Part shown: positions 13,173 to 24,000 of the stretch, in pieces | Position numbering within the stretch: the stretch's first letter is position 1 | How the letters are laid out: every line of letters starts with the position of its first letter | From: Vitrella brassicaformis CCMP3155 | Lineage: Eukaryota; Protista; Chromerida | Assembly: GCA_001179505.1 (NCBI GenBank) | Contig: CDMY01000363.1 | Coordinates: 36,108-100,107, forward strand | Length of the DNA stretch: 64,000 nt | Direction: 5' to 3' | Translations under genes and position numbers: made by a program | Notes under the pieces: generated by a model | Seen by the model: the letters and a program-made list of their open reading frames with translations, nothing else | What the model was told of the DNA's origin: nothing | Database searches by the model: none

Positions 13173-13491
13173 CTGATGGACGGATAGATGGAGGCACCAC
13201 ACAGCGCGATAGATAGAAGCAGGGTAGATCTTGCCCTTTGGTTGCCGTCCTCACTCCATGCACACATACTTACTGTGCCTGATTCCAGAAGCTGCCACGG
13301 TGAACAGGACCAGCACAGGCTCCCGGTCCTTCCGCCACATAATGCTCGACAACAAAGCCGCGTGCTGTGTGCTGCTGCTCGTAGCCTCGACTGAATGCAA
13401 TGACTGAATGCCAAGAGAGAAACAGCAGTACTTTGCGACTGCATGTGTGTTGGGGCATCCCTGAAACCGTTGAGAGAGAGGCTCGCAAGGG

Positions 13492-15354
13492 ATGGCGAGT
13501 CATAGAGCGCTGGTGCACGTGCACAGCGTGCGCACGGGAGCGGAGAGCCTGCCCATCACTCTCGGCGGCGGCCTGGCGCCCGAAGAGGGCCATTTCTTCG
13601 GCCACGGCATGTTCCACCGGCCTCTCCAGCCAGAGGTCAACCACGTCGAGTGCAAGGCGCAGGACCTCCCCCTCTCTGTCGAGGCCGTCCTCGGCCCGAC
13701 CAGCAGCAGCCACCCCACAAGCCGGAAGCGAGCCGTCCTGTGGTGTCACTATGCACACCACCCTGAAGCCTTGGAGAGGATCTCCAAGTGCTGTCAGGAG
13801 GACGGCTTTGCGCTGTCCAAGATCGAGCTGGACACGCACCACACCGGCAATGGCGACAAGGCCAGCCTACGGCTCGAGGTGGAGCCCTTCCCCCAGCCCG
13901 ACACAGACGACCCTCCCCCTGGCCCTCCCTCTCCCCCTCACCCTACCGGCCCCTACCCCCTCCTCCCCCCTCAGCCTGTCGCACCAGCCCGCGACAAGTG
14001 CATCGCGAGGGACGGCTGGGGACAAGACGACGTGCATCGGCTGCTGATGCTCCGGGAGCGACTCAAGGAGGTCATCCGCGTGCCGAGCGTGAGTGAGGGA
14101 TGCATGGGAGAGACAAGGCCGAGAGGGGGAAGGGGGCAGAAGTGGATGGACAGACATTTGTTTCTGTCTGGTTGTGTCTTTCTCTTTATTTGCCATTCAG
14201 GATGACGAGATCATCGCCCAGTCGCGATGGATGAGCCTGAGCAAGCTCTTGGACGCCCCCGACTGCATCGGCACCATGCGGAGCTTCGAGCTCCACCTGC
14301 AAGAGCCCACCCACGACAGGTCTGCGGGCGACATCCCGTGGGTGGCGCAGGTCATGGAGCTGCTGCGGAGCTATGGGGTGGGGGTCAAGAGTCTGCGGCT
14401 GCTGCCAAGGAAGAGCGGCTTCGTGAGCGGATACCTGTACCTGAAGCCGACTCGACTGGTCCGTGCACTGCTGCTGGGCAGGTGAGTGGATGGGCACACT
14501 GGCGGGCGGGGAAGTTGCATAGAATACGCGTGTCTGTTTGGGTGTTGGTGATGGCTGGTTGTCAGTGAGTCCAAGTTCCGGGAGTACGTCTCGGACATGG
14601 TCGCTGAGATGCTGCGCATCGAAGGCTGCCGACCCGACGGCATCGCAGAGCCCACAGGCAACGGGTACACGCAGACAGACATGCACACTTTCCCTCTCAC
14701 ACATCTTCCCTTTCTCCATCTGCCATTGTCAGCACACTGTCGCCCATCGTCGAGATCCCCCCAGCCATCACACCCGCCCCCGCCCCTGTCCATAATGCGC
14801 CACCTGAGGCGCCACCTGCGACGTCAGAGGGCCAGCAGCGGCCGATGGACGGCAGGTGGGTGAGGGCGCCCGAGGAGCCGCAACGGCAGCAGGACAGGGC
14901 CGAGGGCGACGACCACGGGGAGGGCGCGGCGGCGACATGGACAGCAGATGGCACTGAGGGGCAGGAGTCCTCTCCATCTGCCTCGGGCTCTTCGCCCGAC
15001 AAGCCGACGTTGAGTTCGCTCGACTCGGCGCTGACTGTGTCCACCACGACGACGACGACGCGCCACACCACCGTGTCGCCGCGGCACTCGTCCGACACGG
15101 GCAGGAGCAGCGACGCCAGCTTCCGTGTGGGCCAGGGCACCAAGGTGGACGTCTACATGCACACCGACACGATGGAGAACATCGAGCTGTGCTGCCACAA
15201 GACACGGGAGGACATCGGCGCCTTCATGGAGCAGTCCGACACCGGCAAGTTCATCACCATGATGGGCAATGCCGTCGGAGGCTGGGGCAGGAGCGTGTGG
15301 GGCCTCGCACAGAGGGTGGGCCAGTGGGAGGGATTGGACTGGCAGTGGGGATGA
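13492..15354 (+). CDS. ACT-like domain protein, family copy C, intact, 532 aa
   Basis: Exons 13492-14088, 14201-14481, 14566-14664 and 14733-15354 total 1599 nt in one open frame. ACT-like segments are YAHHPEALERISKCCQEDGFALSKIELDT and HDRSAGDIPWVAQVMELLRSYGVGVKSLRL. The ACT assignment is tentative. Confidence 0.75.
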
Positions 15355-15943
15355 GCCAGTGCGACTCTTGAGTGAGCCAGCCATTGGGGCGGGCGCCTCT
15401 CTCTGGCTGGCAGGGCAGTTTTGTTTTTGGGGCGTGGGAGCCATTTGTGTTTTTCTGTGGGGGGAGTGGGGGCGTAAGGGGAAGTGTGAGGGGGGAAGGA
15501 GTCGTTGTCGTTGCTGATGGGTCAGGGGTGTTTGAAAGCGACAGTGGGTCATGGCGCGTTGGATCTGAGTGGTTCGGCCACGCATGCACGCAGGCCCGCA
15601 TGTACCTGTGTTGTATAGGCCAGAGAAGGACTGCAGAGGGTGGGTGCTTCGAGTGAGTATGTGAGTGGGTGGGTGGGGTCAGGTCAGACAGCTTGACGGC
15701 ATTGAGTCGAACAATCGTATGCGTGTCGTTTCGAGTTCAATACGGTTCCTCACGGGCATGGAATGAGCACATGGCGTCTCTGTACAGGCGACGACATCCA
15801 TGCACATGAACCACACACGTGACACGCATCAACGTCATGGAGGTCCACTGGTCTCTGTCATCTTGCGATATGTACACATGAATCGAAGAAACCTCTCACG
15901 CATGCGGCACGAGCGATAGGGCGACAGACATCTGCCCTCAAAG

Positions 15944-17686
15944 TCAGATGTGAGAGTATATGCAATCACACGCGTCGTAGCCGATCTCCATGTCGCTCAA
16001 GCTGTACTGGTCATCCCATCCCAACACATCCAGCGCATCCAGGCCGGCCCTCGACACTGACGCTCCCTTCTCCAGCAACTTCACCATGTCGGTCACGTCC
16101 ACCCCCAACAACTCCTCGTCTCTCCTCTCGGCCCACTCAGCGTCACTCCACCCGCTCTCCACACGCAGCCATGCCACCTCACGGAACAGCGACTCCATCA
16201 CGTGGATGTCGTCTGCCCCACGGTCGAGGAGTTTGTTGATGGTGGCTCGCTTGACATCCCACCCGCCGAAGTCAAACATGAGGGACCGGTAGGCGTGCTG
16301 GAGGGGTCGCCGGCCGTGGTCGTCTGGTGCGTTGACGACGTCTTCGCCCACTGTGTCGATCAAATACTCGATGAGCTGCTCCTGGCAGCTGGTGTCGGCC
16401 AGTGGGAATTGGCAGAAGTGGTGGATGGGCTGCTCTCCGTTGCCGTCCTTCTCCCAGAGGACCGACTCGTCACGATCGCCAAGCATCTTGATGACCTCCA
16501 GTATCTCATGACCCTCCCCCGCCCCTTCATCCCCGTAGGTCTCCTCGCTGGCCATCCCATGGACCAGGCACTGACCTGTGACGTCGGCGCCGTACTGGGG
16601 CTGCATCATGAGCTTGACGAGGCTCCAGCTGCCCGTGCCAATCGCCCTCGAGAGTGCGATGCCAGGCTTGTCTGCCTCGGGGGGGTGCGATCGGCCCCCC
16701 TGCATCCAGCAGCTCCCTCACCACTCCCTCAGCGGCCTCTGGGCACAGGTGCTCGACAGCCAGCTCGACAAGGGTCCGTTTGTCGCTGTCTGCCGTCACG
16801 ATGGCCTCGGCATCGGCCCCCTGCTCGAGCAGACCTCGTGCAGTGTGACCAGTGATGTCCTCACGCACGATTCTGGTGGCCAGCTGCTTGGTCAACTGAC
16901 ATGCACCGTCGTAGAATTCGAGTTCGGTCTGCTGATGGTGGGGCCGGCAGACGGTGAAGCTGTCTGGGAGGGGGACGGGGTGGGTGACGGGGGTGAAGGG
17001 GGCAGGCTGCTCGCTGTCGCTCGACATGGAATGGATGAGCTGATAGATGGGCAACGCACACACACACACACACACGCACAGAGAGAGAGAGCCCCATCCA
17101 TTGGATCGTTCACACTGGCCAATGCTTCAATCTCCTGTCCCGTACCTCCTTATCAATCTCCTCGGTCATTTTCTCCCGCCGCACACGGCTGGACATCAGC
17201 GCGTAGCGGTCGTCGAATGTGTCGTCGATCAGCAGCGCCCTGCAGTCCACAACCAGTGTGCGCGACCCCTACTCAGCTGCTGTCGCCGAGGGGCCTGCAA
17301 CGACGGCACCACAGGCACAGCAGTGAACGCCCTGCCTGCCTGCGTGCCTGCCCTCCTGTGTACCTGATGAGGCAGCTGCTTGTGTCGAGCCCATGATAGC
17401 GTAGGTGTAGCTGTGCTCGCCCAGCGGGACGGCCACGGTGAGGCTCCACACGGGCTGGCCGGAGCAGGCCATCGTCAGGGTCTTATCGCCAATCAACACT
17501 ACAACTGAATGAACGCATCCACACACGCAAACAACACGCATTCCTTTCCTCTTGTGTCACCTATTCTCCCATCCAGCATTCACCTGCGTCGCCTTGCTTG
17601 AGCGGCGTCTGCTTGGCCACGTTGACATTGAACGTCACGGGTGCGGTGAGCACGTGCTGCGATGACGGCGACTGTGAGGACGCCAT
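15944..17686 (-). pseudogene. CBM20-like plus ankyrin-repeat gene, copy 2, with an in-frame TAG and a +1 frameshift
   Basis: Exons 17686-17584, 17504-17364, 17294-17146 and 17039-15944 are phase-consistent (103, 141 and 149 nt for the first three). The N-terminus APVTFNVNV...VVVLIG...PVWSLTVAVPLGEHSYTYAI...E*GSRTLVV resembles CBM20. TAG at 17269-17271; a 7-G run at 16679-16685 shifts the frame. Ankyrin-like QPIHHFC, GRRPLQHA and LLEKGASV follow. Confidence 0.75.
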
Positions 17687-18068
17687 TGTGCGACGGTTAG
17701 TACCTGAAGCAGAGCAGACACACATCACCGCCGCGGTGGCTCCTTCATATAGGTGTGACCAAGGCATAACTTACAATGAATTTCTCAATCACCAAGGAGA
17801 AACTCCTCCTCCACAGCAACTCATCCTCCCCTCAGCTCAGCGACTCCTCCTCCAATCTGCGAGCTTGCGAGCTTAGTTTTCCTCCATGAGTAGGAATATC
17901 CCTGAGTAGGTTCTTCTCTGCTGTTCTGTCCCAGTAACGTGTCCAGCGCTCTTGCGAAGGCATGTGTCATTGAATTGCATTTGAGGTTCTGCGTGGAGAT
18001 CTGCGAGTGGAGATATCTGTTGGTGGAGATCTGCAAGTGTGAGTCACGGAGCCACTCACGACGCCACT

Positions 18069-21000
18069 ATGGTGGAGGGCAGGAGGAAGAAGCCCAAATC
18101 ATGGGCTCGGGTAGTTGATGGCGAGTCGTCTGGTGATGAATTTGATGACGCTGGTGATGACACACCTGTGCCGGCTGCTGCGGCAGGAGCACCGCTGGGA
18201 CGTGACGGCACGGCCCAGCTATCGAAGACTGATGAGTCGGGTGTTCACACCTTCTGGGCCGTCTTCCCAGCAACATGCATCTCAGAGGAATGTAAGCGAA
18301 CGCACCAAGACACACACTGCAGATGCCTGTGTGCATCTGTGTGGATGAATGTCTGTATACAGGCAGAGTTTATCTGCATTCTGACGCGTTTGGGTGGCAG
18401 CTCTCTGCGGCCAACAAGATGGAGCGGGTGCAGGGCGTCAAGCCGGATCACATCTTCTTCTACCTCAAGTGCCGCATCGAGCAGCCTCACATCAACTGCA
18501 AGCTCGCAGTCGCCGTGCCCCCGCGCCACGAGCTCATCTACGAGAAGGGTGACGCATCCACCTGGTCGCCAACCCACGACCGATGGATCGATTTCAGTTA
18601 CCTGCAGAACAAGTACGGCATCGTGGCATCTCGCCAGCACGTCCTGTACGTCAAGGATCATTTGGTGCAAGGCTTCTGGCAGACGCCCATGAAGATGATC
18701 CGGGACTTTTTCACACCAGGAGCTCGTGATCCGCAGGTCCACCTGCTGCCCCGGGGCTCATGGGCTTGGCGCAACACTTCGTCGCTCGTCTACCTTATGC
18801 CACCCATGCTCAAGAAGCTCGCCAGGGAGGGCCGGGTTGACATCCTTGAATGGAAGGCGCTGATCCAGGCAGCAAGTGTGGCGATGCAAACTGCGCGGAT
18901 CAAGTATATCGACTCCGAGTACCTCACGATCATCAGGGAGGTCCTGCAGCTTGGCACGAGCGTCCACCCCATGTTCGCATTCGATCCCGACTGCATCGAT
19001 TCTCGGCGTCCCCTGGCTGTTTCGGCTGCTTCTGAGCTGATTGCTGGACTGCGCCGGTCCTTCCATCTTATCCCACACCTGGCCGCGAGCCGAGACGCTC
19101 GTCAGGTGAGAGGGCACAGATGAGGGAACGCAATGAGAGGGCGTTTAGAGGGGGTATCACTGTGGCGCTGTCTGTTGCGTTCCTTCAGATTGCGGCTGAG
19201 TGGATGGACAAGTTTCTTCAGCTCCTCAAGCCCTCTCACCACGCTCTCCGCAATTCGAAGGACGAAAGCGAGTTGATGGGCTACATCCTGGTGTCGTTGT
19301 TCCGCGCGCAGCTCGTGGGCGAGTCCGTCAGCCACACGCAGCTCCTGGGGCAGTGCCAAGACGTCGATGTCATGCGGTACGTGTTGAAAGAGCTGATCGA
19401 GCTGTGCTTCACCGACGGCCGGCTGGATGTGGAGAAGGCGACGACCATCCTCCTGCTGGTGCCCATGCGGGAGTGCCTGAAGGATGCCATCGATCTCGTG
19501 TTGGACAGCCCGTTCCGGAACGCCTCCCTCGTGTGCAAGGGCCTGGTCCACAGACTGCGGGCGTATCCGACACACGCGTCACATGAAGAAGGTAGGGCTG
19601 GGAAGGCGGATAGAGTAATCATGATGGATACGAGCTGATTGTGTGATATCTGTTGTAGGAAGCAAGTTGCTGCATTTTCTACGAATCGTTCTTGATGCCG
19701 TCCACCAGCACGTAGCCTTCTTCTTCGAGGATCCAACGTGTGTGGTCTCGGTCATCGACCTGCTGGAGGAGATCATGAAAGCCCCAGCATTCGCAGTACG
19801 AGAAGCAGCGGGGAGCTCGCCGGATGGGCTAAACGCCTCGTGTGGCTGTGCTGTGTCCCTCAGGTTGAGATGGCGCTGAAGCACAAGCGCAGCGATCTCA
19901 TCATCAGCAAGTTTGCCGCCATATTCGCCCTGCCGGAGGCTCACCGGGCGAGCGAGCTGCCCAAGATGGGTCCTGTGCTCCAGTTGCTGCGACAACGCAT
20001 CCGCCGCTACCTCGACAGCGTCCAAGCAGACCGCCAGGTCAACAGGCAAATACCTACATGCTCAATCACATGTCGGCCTCGTATTGATTCGGCTGTCCTG
20101 CTCACTGCATCTGCATGTGCAGAAAGCTGCTTTCGAGATCTATCGTGATGTCTTGGCGGCCTTGTCAAACCTGTGGGACGAGCAGTCGAGTGACAGCGTC
20201 CTTAGCCAGCTGGTAGCTGAGGTCGTCAACAATCTTCCGAAAAGCTTCTTCGTGAACAGCAACATCATGGAGACTCCGCTGGTGCAGCTGCTGCCCCAGC
20301 TGCCACAAAACCTACAGCAGGTCCGCTGCAGAAAGACGTGCAGAAGAGAATGGCAAAGGTCACTTGTGTGGGTTTGCAGATCCTGAACAAGCAGGCATTG
20401 GAGGTCTTCGGTGCAGCAGCAATCGATGAGTCGAGTCAGCTGCAGTTCTTTGAGAAGATCCACAAGACGCTAAAGCGCATGGATGTGTCGCGCTACCAGC
20501 CCGCCCAGCTGCAGTATCTTGTGGACTGCACCACGGCCCTCCTCAGGCAGCTGGAGGAGTCCACCAAGCTGCCCCCAAGCACAGCTCAGTCCAGCGTGCC
20601 CCTCGAAGTGGTGCGGATGGTCGACAAGGCGGCTCTTTACCGATTCTTATCCCGATTCGAGGCTGATGTTGTGGCGTCCAATCTGACCGCAGCCATCCCA
20701 CAGCTCAGGACAATCGTCACTTCCCTCCAGCGATCATTCCTGGCTCCTTATCGCGATCTCCTCCATCAGCTGGGCAACGGAGATGTCTACAAGGCAACTC
20801 TCGACTTCATCTACAGGCACCAGGAGGCCTTTGCTGCAATTGCCGGCCAAGACAGTGAGAGGGAGGCGATTGTCAAGGCCATCGATGATCTCATGCGAAA
20901 GAAGCGGGCCATCGAGGACAAGGAGGGGACGTGTGAGGCCTTCCTCACTCAGTGCTGTACCGATGACGGCCCCCTGGGTGTCTACCGGGAGAGCTGTCGC

Positions 21001-24000
21001 ACGCGCCTCCATGAACACGCTGCGCTCAGGTCGGGGGACACAGATTAAACATGAAGGGACGGTCCGGACGTATGCTCTCCTGCCTTTTCTTCAGAGATGA
21101 GTCCGTTGGTCTCAAGAACTGGAGGGCCTTTGCTCTCGTGGAGCGAGATGAAACACTGCAGGTGATTCCAGTCTGACAACATCGCTGCACGAACAGCAGC
21201 TCTGGTGCCTTTTTCTCTTCTGGCAGGCCATGGGTTTCGCTGCCAGTGCGGTGAGCTCCCCGCTGTGCTACAAGCTGATGCTGGACTCGACCAAACTGGC
21301 GCCCTGCGGACCGCCGACCACCGTCTTCGACCCAGCAGCCTTTTCCCAGCTCGTGGAGGCGTCAGTGACGAAGTTCCAGGAGCAGCTCCAGTCCGCATAC
21401 GGCCTGCTCGTGTCGCCAAGGGCCCTGAATGCCGAGTGCTGGCCTCTTGTTCAACCGGTGATGGCGCTGCTGCCCAGCAGCAGACCGCCAGCGGCACACG
21501 AGACGCCTTCGCAGGCCCGCGAGAGGGCGCATCAAGACCGAGAGATTCGGCAGGCAGAGCTGCATCGCATCCTGACCCAGGAGGTCGCCCACCTGCAGCA
21601 GCTCATGCGGCAGATAGGCATCCCTGCCCAGAGGCTTTCAGGGGATGCTGACCTCGTCAGCAGCACGGAGCGATGGATCATCGCGTGGGAGACTGTGCCA
21701 AAAGTGGAGGCACTGCTTGCGCTGATCAAAGAGCATGAGATGTCGAGATTTCCTTTCGCCAGCAGCAGCCAGGACATGCAGCGGTTGAGGGAGCTCGCGA
21801 CTGAGGTCGCTGGCGCAACGACCAAACAGCAACTAGAGGAGCGGGTGTCAGACATGACCCGAATATGCCCGTCGCTCAGCCATGTGTCCCTCGACCAGCT
21901 CAAAGGCCTCCACGGTGCCATCAAGTCGTCGCTGCTCAGGAGGATCCTCTACCATACGGATGATGCATCCTTCTCAACATTCTTTGAGATGCGGTGAGTA
22001 CAGCACAGCACAGTTCAGGGTGGCGAAATCGGTCATCTCCTGCTGTTCGTGTTGCGCAGGCTGAGTCATGCTTCAGATCCGCTGGACGTCGACCTGCTGC
22101 AATCATTCAGGTGAATGAGTGACGATAGAGAATGAAGGTGGACAGAGGTCATTCCGCTCTGCTGCTGGCTGCGCATTTACAGGCGGCTTCGTCACGAGTT
22201 GTTCCCGTATCTTTCGTCAGCTGATGCGACGTTGGAGGAGTTCCTGCACACGTGTTCGATGCTGTCTGCCTTCGACATGGAGCTGTACACCAGCCATGCG
22301 GCGCGCATCACACACATGCTGTCGGCAGCTGCTCAATTTGAGGGCGTCACGGTGCGTACATGGCATCTGCGACGAAACACAACACACAAATGTCAATCGT
22401 GCATCACGTCGCTCGCTTCCTTGGTCTTGTCCGCAGGCGCTCGAGACTCTGTGTCACCTGTACAACTTCGGCTCATTCAACATCCGCGTGATCGACAATG
22501 CGAGTGACGCCACACTCATTGCATCCTACAAGCTGCCGGCCGGGACCTGCAATGAGCTGTCATACGAGGACCTGACCGAGCTGCGCAACCAGATCTCTCT
22601 GCAGGTGAGGAGTGGAGGGAAGTGGCAGGCACTCGATCCCATTCATTTGTTATGTCGTGTTGTACAGGACCTTCCGACCAGCCAGGACGACGACAATGAG
22701 GAGCCTGCAGCTGCAGCGACGACAGCAAGCGGTGAGGAGCTTCTTACAGTCAGCAGCCTCCTCCATAATCGCGACAAGAAAACAGGTGAGCGGGCAGAAA
22801 CCATGGGGCGTCATTCCGGCGAACCTGAGTGCTATGTGCGCCCTACGTTTCTGCAGCCTACGTGAAGGCCTTTGCAGCCAACCTTGAGAGCTCTGTGAGG
22901 ATTCGAGACCTGCTTACTGGTCTCTGCCGCGATGGTCATTTGCGCTACCAAGAAGGTGTTCTGCCCATTCGTGTGAGCTGCGAGGTGGACGAATTCCGGA
23001 GGGAGAGGGAGGCGCTGGAGGACGAATGACTGGTGTGGCGCAGGACACTGGCGGAGAGGCGGAGGGCGCTCCCCATCCTGTCGCTGCTGTCTGGCCCGAA
23101 GCAGCTCATCCGCATCTTGAAGCTGGCGAGGCAGTGTGCTCAAGCCGCCGGCACGGGAGACGAGATTGGTGAGGCCGTCCATCTGGACGAGTTGGCATCG
23201 TCGCTGTCGTTTGTGGCCCCTGTCAAGATGGATTTGCTGCGGCCTGCCATCGGTCCGCTGCAAGGTGTGTTTGAGGGGATACAGGACGAGAGCCAAGGAC
23301 TGAGGGAGGTCTTCTCGGGCGTTGCAAGCTTCTTGCGGGCGGCGTTCGAGTACGCCTTCCAAAGGCCTCAGGGCCTCCTGACTGGGCAGGCGCTGCCTCC
23401 AGGGCTCATGTCTGACACAGCAACTTCGCAGGCCCGACCACTTCGAAGCCTGGTGCAGACTCTGTCAGATCTGCCGATCCGCGAGGACCTTCCATTCGTC
23501 GTTGGCGAGACGGATATGGACAGCACTCTTTTCCTGGAGGTCGCGTCGGTCCTCTACTACATGGAGTTCTCTCGCAAGCCAGCTCCATGGTCAGCTGACA
23601 CACAGGAGAAGCCAGGACGTGGGCATGTGCCATTGTCTGTTATGTGTACACCTGCGTGCAGGGAGGTGTTGTTTCTGACCAGCAGGACAGCGACTGCTGA
23701 TCTGAATAGCTTTCTCGAGAGATGGGCAGAGAGCCACCTGCTGGAGGACCTGATCGGCGGGCAGAGGAGGGGGCTGTTCATGCTGTGCTGTGTCGAGGTA
23801 TCGGTAGAGACCGAGCAGGAAATCGTGTCGGTCATCATGCGACTGAGAGAGGAGCTCCGCGGGTAAGCGAATAGGCCAACGGGTACACACAGACATGCCA
23901 TGCAAGATGCCTTGTATATTTCCCTCTAGGATGGAGAAGAAGGCAAGAAAAGCAACTCTCGCCAAGACCCTACCGATGCTGATCTTGCAGTCGACGAAGG

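Noticed and set aside
12980-17275. Shared Ala-Glu-TAG in both CBM20-ankyrin copies as a conserved readthrough site
   Set aside because: In copy 1 the AE* lies in a different frame from the upstream YAIIG exon and aligns several residues away from the copy 2 stop, so it is probably coincidence.
23027-23029. TGA reassigned to Trp or selenocysteine
   Set aside because: Conserved Trp residues use TGG throughout, TGA ends several genes here (2674, 36797, 53900), and the position does not align with a conserved Cys or Trp.
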